A stretch of 64,000 bases of DNA. Source: Obrimoposthia wandeli (Eukaryota). The notes beneath the pieces are model-generated. The model made no database searches. It was not told the DNA's origin and saw only the letters and a list, made by a program, of their open reading frames with translations. Shown piece after piece: positions 29,881 to 40,424 of this stretch. Location: assembly GCA_977020255.1 (NCBI GenBank), contig CDROCS010000122.1:620001-684000 (forward strand). The letters are read 5' to 3'. The stretch's first letter is position 1. Every line of letters begins with the position of its first letter. The position numbers and the translations under genes are program-made.

Positions 29881-29894
29881 GGGGGCTTTTTTTT
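29862..29894 (+). terminator. pyrBI attenuator terminator
   Basis: AGAGCCTCCTT-TTTT-AAGGGGGCTTT followed by a U-tract, upstream of pyrB. Confidence 0.8.
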
Positions 29895-29956
29895 GTCCGC
29901 TTTTTTCGTGAGAGCGGACATATTTCGTAACTGTATCTATATAGGGAAGAGAAGCC

Positions 29957-30886
29957 ATGGCGAACTCGTTGTTTCAAAAGCACATCATCTCCATTCCGGA
30001 ATTAAACCGAAGTGAACTTGAACTTATTGTAGAGACTGCTGGAAAACTAAAAGCAGAACCAAATCCAGAGCTACTTAAAAACAAGGTAGTGGCGAGCTGC
30101 TTCTTTGAACCATCAACACGAACGCGTCTGTCTTTTGAAACGGCAGTACAGCGCCTAGGTGGTACAGTTATCGGGTTTGATAACGGTGGTAATACATCAC
30201 TGGCAAAGAAAGGTGAAACTCTGGCTGATTCAGTTCAGGTAATCTCTTCTTATGTTGATGCATTTGTTATGCGCCACCCACAAGAAGGCGCTGCGCGTCT
30301 TGCTTCTGAATTTTCAAACGGTGTACCGGTCGTCAACGGCGGTGATGGTGCAAACCAACACCCAACACAAACCCTACTCGATTTATTTAGCATCTTCGAA
30401 ACACAAGGTCGCCTAGATAACTTGAATGTCGCTTTCGTCGGCGACCTTAAATACGGGCGAACAGTACACTCTTTGACTCAAGCATTATCAAAATTCAACA
30501 ACATTAACTTCTTCTTCGTGGCGCCTGAAATTCTCGCAATGCCAGATTACATCTGTGAAGAGTTGGATGACGCTGGTATCAACTACAGCCTTCATGCATC
30601 TATGGAAGAAGTTATTCCTGAACTCGATGTTCTCTACATGACGCGTGTACAAAAAGAGCGTTTTGATGAATCAGAATATGCACACATGAAAGCGGCATAC
30701 ATCCTAACAGCAGAAATGCTGACAGAAGCGCGCGATAATATGAAAATTCTGCACCCATTACCACGTATCGATGAAATCACAGTAGACGTTGATAAAACGA
30801 AGCATGCTTATTACTTCCAGCAAGCTGAAAACGGTGTTTACGCACGTGAAGCACTACTAGCACTTGTACTTAACGAACAACTTTAA
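29957..30886 (+). CDS. pyrB: Aspartate carbamoyltransferase catalytic subunit
   Basis: [25 protein letters not shown] and HPLPR motifs. Confidence 0.98.
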   Translation: MANSLFQKHIISIPELNRSELELIVETAGKLKAEPNPELLKNKVVASCFFEPSTRTRLSFETAVQRLGGTVIGFDNGGNTSLAKKGETLADSVQVISSYVDAFVMRHPQEGAARLASEFSNGVPVVNGGDGANQHPTQTLLDLFSIFETQGRLDNLNVAFVGDLKYGRTVHSLTQALSKFNNINFFFVAPEILAMPDYICEELDDAGINYSLHASMEEVIPELDVLYMTRVQKERFDESEYAHMKAAYILTAEMLTEARDNMKILHPLPRIDEITVDVDKTKHAYYFQQAENGVYAREALLALVLNEQL

Positions 30887-30902
30887 GCCGGAGATAACAA
30901 TA

Positions 30903-31367
30903 ATGACGAAGGAAACTCAACTACAGGTTGAAGCAATCAAAAACGGTTCTGTTATCGACCATATCCCTGCAAATGTGGGTATTAAAGTACTGAAGCTGTT
31001 CAAGCTGCATAAAACGAATCAGCGCGTTACGATTGGCTTGAATTTACCATCATCAGCTATGGGTGCTAAAGATCTTATTAAGATTGAAAACGTCTACGTT
31101 AGCGAAGAGCAAGCAAACCAATTGGCACTATACGCACCACATGCAACAGTAAATCAAATTGAAAATTATGAAGTTTCAAAAAAATTGATGCTCAAGTTGC
31201 CTAAAAAAATCAATGCGATTTTCGAATGTCCAAATAGTAACTGTATAACGCATAACGAGCCTGTCGATAGTAGCTTTACGGTTATCAACAAGAATGATGA
31301 TATCAAGCTAAAATGTAAATACTGTGAAAAAGTATTCTCTCGCGAAATCGTCACAGAGCGAAACTAA
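30903..31367 (+). CDS. pyrI: Aspartate carbamoyltransferase regulatory subunit
   Basis: [20 protein letters not shown] and CKYCE zinc motifs. Confidence 0.97.
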   Translation: MTKETQLQVEAIKNGSVIDHIPANVGIKVLKLFKLHKTNQRVTIGLNLPSSAMGAKDLIKIENVYVSEEQANQLALYAPHATVNQIENYEVSKKLMLKLPKKINAIFECPNSNCITHNEPVDSSFTVINKNDDIKLKCKYCEKVFSREIVTERN

Positions 31368-31450
31368 GGTTAAGCCAATAGGCTTATTCTTAACCAAGAC
31401 ACCATTAGCACTTGAATCTCTTATAACAAGGATTTAGGTGCAAATATAAG

Positions 31451-31484
31451 AATGTTTACTCAGTGATGAGTAAACATTTTTTTT
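31451..31484 (+). terminator. pyrI terminator
   Basis: 12-bp stem AATGTTTACTCA-GTGA-TGAGTAAACATT plus T-tract. Confidence 0.75.
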
Positions 31485-31580
31485 CTCATTTTCAATGCTA
31501 AATGTCTCCTCCGTCCCCTCTACCTTTAGGTCACACGATAAAAAAGCAGTTGGCTTTTATTTTATCGAAAGGACCTAACT

Positions 31581-32576
31581 ATGACCTTTTCTACCGACGC
31601 ATTGTCGCGGCTAATTAAATACAGTTTACCTGTAACTGCCTTCATGGCTATGGCGGGTTGTATTCAATCCAACGGCAGTGTTAGCCATGCTGATTCAAAT
31701 GAAGCTAATCATTTGGTTATTATTGGCGTGCCAATGTTACTGGGTGGGTTTGGTTCTTCAGTACCCGTCAATGAGGAGTATCAAATCACGGCACGGCATG
31801 TGGCTCAAGTATCTTGGGACTTAGATGTTATTCATCACCCTCGCTGCGATTTATCCCTCGTTCGAGCGTCATCAAGCCATGTTCCCCAATGGGGGCTAAT
31901 CTACCCAGATGAAAAAGTAACCCATGAAGGGCATTCATTACTCGGCAATAAAGTGAAAGGGGAAGGAAAATACCTACAAGATGTATTCGATACCAATACG
32001 GATTGCTTATATTCCCTCAGTGACGCCCCCGTTATGTCGGGGATGAGTGGTGGTCCCGTTTTCAATGAAAAAGGTGAAATTGTTGGTATTACTGTCGCGA
32101 TAGTCAACAACCCAGAGGATCTCACCAATCTTCGACCAGCAGAACGATACAGCCAATTTGTACCTGCGACCCTCATTTTTGATTGGCTAAAACAACTCGG
32201 TGTCGATACCCGATACGCCAGCCCTGAATTAGCCAAGATCGAAGTGGCTCCATTGATTTCTCAGCTAAATCAATACCCAGAATATAACCCGCAAAACGGA
32301 GAATCAGATCTGAACGCAGACCTTGTACAGAGTGATACTAATTACACTTTGCTTCCTTTTTCAACGTTCAACCATTACGCCGCGATCAAACCCATTTTTC
32401 AGGCATCTGAGAAACAAAGTCTCCAAACCAACAGCACCGTTTCGTTATCTGGTATACAAACAGAAATTGCAACCGTAGCCGAACCAGAGACATCACAAAA
32501 CCAATACAAAAAACACAATAAAATCAATAACAAAAATCTCATGAATGAAATGGGATATAATGCTTCTTACTGGTAG
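31581..32576 (+). CDS. Putative lipoprotein trypsin-like serine protease
   Basis: Lipobox-like MAGC (Cys27); catalytic TARHV, CDLSL and SGMSGGP; low-complexity C-terminal tail. Confidence 0.8.
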   Translation: MTFSTDALSRLIKYSLPVTAFMAMAGCIQSNGSVSHADSNEANHLVIIGVPMLLGGFGSSVPVNEEYQITARHVAQVSWDLDVIHHPRCDLSLVRASSSHVPQWGLIYPDEKVTHEGHSLLGNKVKGEGKYLQDVFDTNTDCLYSLSDAPVMSGMSGGPVFNEKGEIVGITVAIVNNPEDLTNLRPAERYSQFVPATLIFDWLKQLGVDTRYASPELAKIEVAPLISQLNQYPEYNPQNGESDLNADLVQSDTNYTLLPFSTFNHYAAIKPIFQASEKQSLQTNSTVSLSGIQTEIATVAEPETSQNQYKKHNKINNKNLMNEMGYNASYW

Positions 32577-32727
32577 GTTTATTGGTTTATTATTTGGTGA
32601 CAAGGGTCAAACAACCGTACATCAGTTGCTGATATTATCTCTGTGAGAGATTATGCATCAAGTGCATAAATAATTTGAAAGAAAACAATAACGATACGAT
32701 CTTTGTCCCTCATATAATAATAAGGAG

Positions 32728-33228
32728 TTGCCCGTGAATGGATACGATATGCACGGCGCGATAGATTTAACAGCTGCTGACGAAAGTATTACCAGCGCAT
32801 GTAAACGCTTGTTACAACAACAAAGCTTCACAACGCAAGACGATATTCGACACCAATTGATCGAGCTAGGTTACGATGATGTCAGCCAATCAACGGTTTC
32901 ACGTTTATTGTCTCGTCTTAGCGTCGCAAAAGTGCCTAATGCTTACGGTAAGAAAGTGTATTGCCTCACGGTTGAGAATGAACCCGTTCAAGTCGGTTCA
33001 TCAATCTCATCACAAATTGAATTCATTACTCACAATCAATTGGTTGTTGTCGTAAAAACACACCCTGGTGGCGCGCAATTAGTGGCGCGCTTAATCGATA
33101 TTCAGCCTCATGCTGAAATATTAGGCACAGTGGGTGGGAACGATACCGTAATGGTGGCACCTAGAGATATCATGCGTATTGAAGAGTGCGAAAAGGTTGT
33201 AAAAACCCGACTGGGTATACCCGCTTAG
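32728..33228 (+). CDS. ArgR-family arginine regulator (start uncertain: TTG 32728, GTG 32734 or ATG 32749)
   Basis: TQDDIRHQL...VSQSTVSRLL...K wHTH and KT.PGGAQLVARLID...GTVGGNDT motifs. Confidence 0.88.
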   Translation: MPVNGYDMHGAIDLTAADESITSACKRLLQQQSFTTQDDIRHQLIELGYDDVSQSTVSRLLSRLSVAKVPNAYGKKVYCLTVENEPVQVGSSISSQIEFITHNQLVVVVKTHPGGAQLVARLIDIQPHAEILGTVGGNDTVMVAPRDIMRIEECEKVVKTRLGIPA

Positions 33229-33375
33229 GTGAAGTTCAGAGCTGTAATAGAGATGCATCACGTCGCTTTTACTTTGACCTAAGCGATAATGAGTTGCACA
33301 CTAAGAACACTGTTAGCCAGTAATTCGATTACTGGCTTTTATCTTACGTTGTGAATGACTGAACAAGGATAACCA

Positions 33376-33762
33376 ATGACTCAAGTTCTACATACAGATC
33401 AAGCACCTGCTGCTATCGGTCCTTACGTACAAGGTGTTGACCTTGGTAATATGGTGCTAACTTCTGGTCAAATTCCAGTAAACCCTGTAACAGGTGAAGT
33501 GCCAGAAGCCATTGCAGAGCAAGCGCGTCAGTCTCTAGAAAACGTAAAAGCAGTTGTAGCCTCTTCAGGCCTTAACGTTTCTGATATCGTAAAAATGACT
33601 GTCTTTGTAAAAGATCTTAATGATTTTGCAGCGGTAAATGAAGTTTACGGTCAATTTTTTGATGAGCACAACGCATCATACCCAGCACGTTCATGTGTTG
33701 AAGTTGCTCGTTTACCAAAAGATGTGAAAATTGAAATTGAAGCAATTGCCGTTCGTAAGTAA
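33376..33762 (+). CDS. ridA: RidA enamine/imine deaminase
   Basis: APAAIGPYVQ, SGQIP and PARSCVEVARLPKDVKIEIE motifs. Confidence 0.95.
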   Translation: MTQVLHTDQAPAAIGPYVQGVDLGNMVLTSGQIPVNPVTGEVPEAIAEQARQSLENVKAVVASSGLNVSDIVKMTVFVKDLNDFAAVNEVYGQFFDEHNASYPARSCVEVARLPKDVKIEIEAIAVRK

Positions 33763-33792
33763 TTCGCTTAAATCTTAATATATAACATCAAC

Positions 33793-33820
33793 AAAAAAGC
33801 TGCCTTTGGCAGCTTTTTTT
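33793..33820. terminator. Bidirectional terminator ridA/idi
   Basis: AAAAAAGCTGCC-TTT-GGCAGCTTTTTT. Confidence 0.8.
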
Positions 33821-33870
33821 GTTTAACTTTAATCGAATGAACCGATGATTAGGTACTTTTTAGCTTAGTG

Positions 33871-34413
33871 TTACTGGCTTGATAGCTCATTCATTGCATT
33901 TTGTAATACTTGGGGAAACCAAGCTGTAAATAGTTCAGGGGTATCAACTACCCTTAACTCAAGATCTGCTTTAGACCACCAACGATAAGACGTCACTTCT
34001 TCAGGATTAGGAATGATCACTAATTCAGCCCCATTGGCGATCAATACATGATCCAGCTCGTGCTCGATTAACTGATTATCAAGCTCTGCACGATAAATAA
34101 AGCTCGCAATATCATCCAGTGTCTCTAAGCCGACAATGCCCATTTCTTCGGTTAAACGACGCAAACCTGCTTGCTCTAACGTTTCACCTTGCCTAGGGTG
34201 AGAGCAACATGTGTTGGTCCACAAACCACCACTGTGATACTTACCCAAGGCTCGCTGCTGCATAAGAAACTCTATGCCCTGCGTCGTATCACGATACAAC
34301 AAAACAGAAAAAGCCAAATGTAAAGATCCATCACGGTGAGCTTGCATTTTTTCCTGCAAACCTAGTGTTCGTCCCTGCTGATCGACCAATACAACCTGTT
34401 CTTCAATTATCAT
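33871..34413 (-). CDS. idi: Type 1 isopentenyl-diphosphate isomerase
   Basis: HLAFS, WTNTCCSHP, RRLTEEMG and EHELDHV motifs. Confidence 0.93.
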   Translation of the reverse strand: MIIEEQVVLVDQQGRTLGLQEKMQAHRDGSLHLAFSVLLYRDTTQGIEFLMQQRALGKYHSGGLWTNTCCSHPRQGETLEQAGLRRLTEEMGIVGLETLDDIASFIYRAELDNQLIEHELDHVLIANGAELVIIPNPEEVTSYRWWSKADLELRVVDTPELFTAWFPQVLQNAMNELSSQ

Positions 34414-34504
34414 GAGTTCTATCTTCTACACATTAAAAACAAAAAGGACATGCGGATACTCATCAGCATGTCCTTATTAAATAGTGGCACTGCCAGATGA
34501 ACCT

Positions 34505-35230
34505 TTATTTTCCTGTGCGTGTCGCAACTTCTGCATCAAGCTCAATTAGCTTGTTTTTCATCATGTTGCGGCATGTTTTTGATAGCTCACGCACATCTTC
34601 TCTTGCTAGCCCTTCCGTCGATACAGGTGGCATAATTTCAACAATCACAACGCCATTATTCCAGCGGTTTAATTTAATCTTATCTGTTGAGCTACACACG
34701 ATAGGTACAACAGGTACTTCTGCACCAATTGCAGCGTGGAAGGCACCCGTCTTAAAGGGTAATAAACCACGACCTCGAGAACGTGTTCCCTCAGGGAACA
34801 TCCAGACAGATACTTTTTGTTCTTTAATTTTACTGACTATTTGACCAATTGTACCAGCCGCTTTACTACGGTTAACACGGTCAATCAAAATGTTACCTGT
34901 TAGCCAATAAAATTGACCAAATAGCGGCATCCATATCAAGCTTTTTTTACCGACCGTCACTGTTTTGGGCATGATTGCGCCTGAAACCGTAAACAAATCA
35001 TAATTATTTTGATGATTGGCAACATACACTTTCGCTCCCGAATCATTGACACCGTTAGCATGGCGAACTTCCAGCTTAACCCCTAAGATACGTGTCATTT
35101 TGCTAAATAAACGCCCTAACGTATATACATGTTTAGGGTTTCGCGGGCTAAACAAACAGTAACCACAACCAAATACAAACATGAAAACGGCAAAAATTGC
35201 GATGGCTACAATGCGCAATAAAAATATCAT
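34505..35230 (-). CDS. plsC: 1-acyl-sn-glycerol-3-phosphate acyltransferase
   Basis: NHQNNYD, LIDR and FPEGTRS motifs. Confidence 0.95.
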   Translation of the reverse strand: MIFLLRIVAIAIFAVFMFVFGCGYCLFSPRNPKHVYTLGRLFSKMTRILGVKLEVRHANGVNDSGAKVYVANHQNNYDLFTVSGAIMPKTVTVGKKSLIWMPLFGQFYWLTGNILIDRVNRSKAAGTIGQIVSKIKEQKVSVWMFPEGTRSRGRGLLPFKTGAFHAAIGAEVPVVPIVCSSTDKIKLNRWNNGVVIVEIMPPVSTEGLAREDVRELSKTCRNMMKNKLIELDAEVATRTGK

Positions 35231-35425
35231 GGAGCTCTCCTCAGCGTACAAGCGTTCGCTAGTATACTCAGGCAATGAGAAATTACATCAATTATGTGTA
35301 TTAATTGAACATAAACCTATTTACACGACTTTCTAGCAAACGAAACTGTTAACTGACAGACAAATAAAAAGAACAAACCCTCCATGAAAGAGGGTTTGTA
35401 TATGGGTTCAATTCTCTACAATGGC

Positions 35426-37696
35426 TTATTCAGCGCTATCTGATGCCTGTGCTGTAGAAGTGATTTCCAAGCGGGTAACGTTCTGAAGACCACGAGGGAG
35501 CATAGTGCCTCGGCGACCACGTTCACCACGGAAATTATCAAGATCACTTGCTTTTATGCCCATCTTTCGCTTACCAGCATGTATCGTAACTTGCTCACCT
35601 TGCGGTAACACAATGAGTTGCGACAAGAATTCTTCACGCGACTTAGAGCGAGCCGACGGAATATTAATGATCTTATTCCCTTTACCTTTACTTAATTGAG
35701 GTAAATCTTTGATTGGAAACAGCAACATCCGGCCTTCATTGGTAATCACCAAAATCTCATCAGTATCAAGATTCGAGATAGGTTGTGGAGCCATCACTTC
35801 TGCTTTTTCTGGCACAGTCAGTAACGCCTTACCACTCTTATTCTTCGAGACCATATCGGAACTCTTACAAATAAAGCCATAACCAGCATCGGAGCCCATT
35901 AACCACATCTGTTCATCATCAGCCATCAATACTTGGCGAAGATTGGTGCCTGGCGTTAAATTAAGTCGCCCTGTTACTGGCTCACCTTGGCTGCGAGCCG
36001 AAGGTAAAGAGTGGGATTCAAGCGCATAGCTACGCCCATCAGAACCAATCAAAATCGCTGGTAGGTTACTCTTACCACGCGCATGAGCTAAGTAGTTATC
36101 GCCTGATTTATAGCTCAAGCTAGTTGGATCAACGTCATAACCTTTCGCATGACGAATCCAACCTTTCTCAGACAATACGACCGTAATGGCTTCGCTTGGG
36201 GTCAAATCTCGCTCAGTTAATGCTTTTGCTTCTGCTCGCTCAACCAATGGGGAACGACGATCATCGCCATACATCTCTGCATCTGCTTGAATTTCTTTCT
36301 TAATTAGCGTGCTTAAGCGGCGCTCTGACCCTAGAAGTTTCTCAAGGTAATCACGCTCTTTAGCGAGTTCATCTTGTTCACCACGGATCTTAATTTCTTC
36401 TAATTTCGCTAACTGACGCAGTTTAATTTCTAAAATGGCATCTGCTTGAATTACGCTCAAGTCAAAGCGAGACATTAGCTCCGCTTTTGGATTCTCTTCA
36501 TTACGGATGATTTCAATAACTTCATCAATATTAAGATAAGCCGCCAGTAAACCGTCCAAAATATGTAAGCGCGCAACCACTTTATCTAAACGATAATGTA
36601 AACGACGGCGCACTGTTGAACGGCGAAAAACTAACCACTCAGTGATGATCTCAAGCAAGCCTTTCACCCGAGGGCGGCCATCAAGCCCCAGCATGTTTAA
36701 GTTTACACGGAAGCTTTTTTCTAAATCCGTAGAAGCAAACAAGTGATTCATCAATTGTTCGCTATCAATGCGGTTTGAACGCGGCACAATCACGATACGC
36801 GTTGGATTTTCATGATCAGACTCATCACGCAAATCTTCAACCATTGGCAATTTTTTAGCGCGCATCTGGTTCGCGATTTGTTCTAATAACTTCGCACCAG
36901 AGACTTGGTGTGGCAATGCAGTAATAACGATATCGCCATTTTCTTTATGCCATATCGCACGCATTCTGATACTACCACGACCAGTTTCATACACTTTCTT
37001 TAGGTCATGAGTTGGGGTAATGATTTCTGCTTCAGTCGGATAATCCGGACCTTTAACAAATCCCATCAATTCATCAAGATCAGCTGTCGGATTATCAAGC
37101 AAATGCACGGCTGCATTGGCTACTTCACGTGCATTATGAGGTGGAATATCAGTTGCCATACCAACAGCAATACCCGTTATTCCGTTTAACAGAATATGTG
37201 GTAACCGTGCCGGTAACATTTTCGGCTCATTCATGGTGCCATCAAAGTTTGGCACCCAGTCAGCCGTCCCTTGCCCTAGCTCGCCCAGTAACACCTCAGA
37301 AAAACGTGATAAGCGAGATTCGGTGTAACGCATTGCCGCAAAAGATTTGGGGTCATCCGGTGCACCCCAGTTGCCTTGACCATCAACGAGCGGATAACGG
37401 TATGAGAATGGCTGAGCCATTAATACCATCGCTTCATAACAGGCTGAGTCACCGTGAGGGTGGAATTTACCGAGTACGTCACCAACAGTACGCGCTGACT
37501 TTTTATATTTAGCCGTCGCATGTAGGCCCAATTCAGACATGGCGTAAATAATACGACGTTGAACCGGTTTCAAGCCATCGCCAATGAATGGTAAGGCACG
37601 ATCCATAATTACATACATGGAGTAATTTAAATAAGCGTCTTCGGTAAACTTCCTAAGTGGAAGCTGTTCTACGCCATCCATTGAGACATCAGTCAT
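35426..37696 (-). CDS. parC: Topoisomerase IV subunit A
   Basis: [18 protein letters not shown] and AAMRYTE motifs. Confidence 0.98.
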   Translation of the reverse strand: MTDVSMDGVEQLPLRKFTEDAYLNYSMYVIMDRALPFIGDGLKPVQRRIIYAMSELGLHATAKYKKSARTVGDVLGKFHPHGDSACYEAMVLMAQPFSYRYPLVDGQGNWGAPDDPKSFAAMRYTESRLSRFSEVLLGELGQGTADWVPNFDGTMNEPKMLPARLPHILLNGITGIAVGMATDIPPHNAREVANAAVHLLDNPTADLDELMGFVKGPDYPTEAEIITPTHDLKKVYETGRGSIRMRAIWHKENGDIVITALPHQVSGAKLLEQIANQMRAKKLPMVEDLRDESDHENPTRIVIVPRSNRIDSEQLMNHLFASTDLEKSFRVNLNMLGLDGRPRVKGLLEIITEWLVFRRSTVRRRLHYRLDKVVARLHILDGLLAAYLNIDEVIEIIRNEENPKAELMSRFDLSVIQADAILEIKLRQLAKLEEIKIRGEQDELAKERDYLEKLLGSERRLSTLIKKEIQADAEMYGDDRRSPLVERAEAKALTERDLTPSEAITVVLSEKGWIRHAKGYDVDPTSLSYKSGDNYLAHARGKSNLPAILIGSDGRSYALESHSLPSARSQGEPVTGRLNLTPGTNLRQVLMADDEQMWLMGSDAGYGFICKSSDMVSKNKSGKALLTVPEKAEVMAPQPISNLDTDEILVITNEGRMLLFPIKDLPQLSKGKGNKIINIPSARSKSREEFLSQLIVLPQGEQVTIHAGKRKMGIKASDLDNFRGERGRRGTMLPRGLQNVTRLEITSTAQASDSAE

Positions 37697-37833
37697 CGTG
37701 GGTTAATCCGTTTAATATATTCATTTTCACGGACGGTCTGAGCACTTACAAACGCGCTCAAACAGCCCATAAACTCAATCTTATGTATGCTGACACACAA
37801 TAAAAACGTTATTGAAAACCATGCCTAATTGAA

Positions 37834-39717
37834 TTAAGCATCTGCCATATCGCCTTTATCTTGCAACCAAAAACGACGATCTTCTGCTCGCTTTTTATTT
37901 AGCAGCATATCCATCATTTCATTGGTTTTTTTGTCATCATCAATCGTTAACTGAACCAAGCGTCGTGTATTTGGATCCATTGTCGTTTCACGCAATTGCA
38001 GTGGGTTCATTTCACCCAGACCTTTAAATCGCTGAACGTTCACTTTGCCACGCTTGGTACTTAGGCGATCCAAAATACCGTTCTTTTCGGCTTCATCCAA
38101 TGCGTAATACACTTCTTTAGCCAAATCGATACGATACAACGGCGGCATTGCAATATACACATGCCCAGCACGCACTAAAGCTTCGAAATGCTTCATGAAC
38201 AAAGCACACAGCAAGGTTGCAATGTGTAAACCATCGGAGTCGGCATCGGCAAGTACACAAATTTTACCATAACGTAAACCGCTAAGATCATCGCTGTCTG
38301 GGTCTATACCCAATGCGATAGAAATATTATGTACTTCTTGCGACGCCAGCACTTGATCAGCAGATACTTCCCAAGTGTTTAGAATTTTACCGCGCAATGG
38401 CATGATTGCTTGGAACATACGATCGCGAGCTTGCTTCGCTGAACCGCCCGCCGAGTCACCTTCCACTAAAAAAAGCTCGGTGCGACTAAGATCTTGTTGA
38501 GAGCAATCGGCTAACTTACCTGGCAGAGTCGGTCCTGAAGCGATTTTTTTACGGACCACCTTTTTACTTGCGCGCATGCGTCGGTGTGCATTAGCAATAC
38601 ACACTTCCGCTAGTTGCTCGGCAAGTTGTGGTCGCTCGTTCAACCAAAGGCTAAAGGCATCTTTTACAACACCAGACACAAAGGCGGCACATTGGCGTGA
38701 CGACAAACGTTCTTTCGTTTGCCCAGCAAATTGAGGGTCCTGAATTTTAACCGACAAGACATACGCACAACGGTCCCAAATATCATCAGCCGTTAATTTC
38801 ACGCCACGTGGTAGTAGATTACGGAACTCACAGAATTCACGCATGGCATCTAATAGACCTTGGCGTAAGCCGTTAACATGTGTGCCGCCTTGCGCGGTCG
38901 GAATTAAGTTAACGTAACTTTCTGTGATTAATTCTCCACCTTCTGGCAACCAAAGCAACGCCCAATCAGCCGCTTCAATTTGGCTGGTAAATACGCCAAT
39001 AAAAGGTTCTTCAGGCAATAAGGTATAACCTTTCACACCTTCAAGCAGGTAATCTTTTAAGCCATCTTCGTAACACCAACGAATGGTTTCATCAGCAATT
39101 TTATTGGTGAAAACAATTTCAAGCCCTGGGCATAAAACCGCTTTGGCCTTTAAGACACTTTTTAGCCGTGTAACCGAAAAATTAGCGCTGTCAAAATACC
39201 GAGCATCAGGCCAAAAATGCACACGCGTACCTTTCGTACGACGTCCACAGGTACCTATCACTTCAAGCTCTGATACTTTATCGCCATGTTCAAATGCAAT
39301 TTGATAAATTTGACCATCACGTTTTACTGATACTTCAACACGTTTAGACAAGGCATTAACAACAGAAATACCTACCCCGTGTAAACCACCAGAAAACTGA
39401 TAGCTATCATTCGAGAATTTACCTCCCGCGTGCAGCTTACATAAAATAAGTTCAACACCAGACACACCTTCTATAGGGTGAATGTCTACTGGCATGCCTC
39501 GACCATCATCGATCACTTCGAGTGATTGGTCTGCATGAAGAATCACTTCTACCTTACGGGCATGACCAGCCAGCGCTTCATCGACGCTGTTATCAATGAC
39601 CTCTTGACCAAGGTGATTGGGCCTAACCGTGTCGGTATACATACCTGGGCGGCGGCGTACTGGCTCAAGGCCATTTAGAACCTCAATGGATCCGGCGTTA
39701 TAGCTTTGCTCTGTCAT
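37834..39717 (-). CDS. parE: Topoisomerase IV subunit B
   Basis: IEVLNGLEPVRRRPGMY, EVIDNSVDE, VEGDSAGGSAK and RFKGLGEM motifs; start at MTEQSY. Confidence 0.98.
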   Translation of the reverse strand: MTEQSYNAGSIEVLNGLEPVRRRPGMYTDTVRPNHLGQEVIDNSVDEALAGHARKVEVILHADQSLEVIDDGRGMPVDIHPIEGVSGVELILCKLHAGGKFSNDSYQFSGGLHGVGISVVNALSKRVEVSVKRDGQIYQIAFEHGDKVSELEVIGTCGRRTKGTRVHFWPDARYFDSANFSVTRLKSVLKAKAVLCPGLEIVFTNKIADETIRWCYEDGLKDYLLEGVKGYTLLPEEPFIGVFTSQIEAADWALLWLPEGGELITESYVNLIPTAQGGTHVNGLRQGLLDAMREFCEFRNLLPRGVKLTADDIWDRCAYVLSVKIQDPQFAGQTKERLSSRQCAAFVSGVVKDAFSLWLNERPQLAEQLAEVCIANAHRRMRASKKVVRKKIASGPTLPGKLADCSQQDLSRTELFLVEGDSAGGSAKQARDRMFQAIMPLRGKILNTWEVSADQVLASQEVHNISIALGIDPDSDDLSGLRYGKICVLADADSDGLHIATLLCALFMKHFEALVRAGHVYIAMPPLYRIDLAKEVYYALDEAEKNGILDRLSTKRGKVNVQRFKGLGEMNPLQLRETTMDPNTRRLVQLTIDDDKKTNEMMDMLLNKKRAEDRRFWLQDKGDMADA

Positions 39718-39845
39718 ATTACGGAAGGCTACTAGAAATTTGGCAACAATAGTCAGTAACCTCGGCTTGGTTGTCAAGCTGAGGTCGACGGTAAGACTCA
39801 CAATTGTGAGTCGAGTTATAACCTTAACTTATTTGCAGTTATAGG

Positions 39846-40424
39846 TTATAGGTTTAAGAATTGAATCACATCGGCAGGAAAGCGTTCAAAATCAACAAAA
39901 CTGTGGTCGCCATTAGGCTCAACGGTTTGCTTACTCTCAGCATATTTCGCCACAGCTTGGCGGTAATCTAAGACTTCATCACCCATTTGTTGTAACAACC
40001 AAAATTGTTTTGGATCAACTAGTTGCTCAACATTCATCGTTCTTAGCTCATTGATATGTTGAGGCTCTAGCCAATATTGTTCACAGGTGTAAGGGTTTAC
40101 TTGCTCGCCGAGGTAATCAGCCAATAACTCATAAGGTTTAACAGCAGGATTAACCAATACAGCGGGAAGTTGATGCCGACTATTTAACCATGTCGAAATA
40201 TATCCACCTAATGAGCTTCCCACTAAACCAATGGTGTAATCTTGTTTCAAGCTACTAACTAAATCATCAATAAACGCGGCGGCTTGTGCAGGATAGCAAG
40301 GCATTTGCGGGATCTCAACGCGAATATCTGGTCGATGTTGCTTACAGTACTCTGCCATTACCTGCGCTTTTAATGACAGAGGAGAACTGTTGAATCCATG
40401 GATGTAAAGCAACAAAGGTTTCAT
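39846..40424 (-). CDS. yqiA: Esterase YqiA
   Basis: YIHGFNSSP, GSSLGG and NPAV motifs. Confidence 0.93.
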   Translation of the reverse strand: MKPLLLYIHGFNSSPLSLKAQVMAEYCKQHRPDIRVEIPQMPCYPAQAAAFIDDLVSSLKQDYTIGLVGSSLGGYISTWLNSRHQLPAVLVNPAVKPYELLADYLGEQVNPYTCEQYWLEPQHINELRTMNVEQLVDPKQFWLLQQMGDEVLDYRQAVAKYAESKQTVEPNGDHSFVDFERFPADVIQFLNL

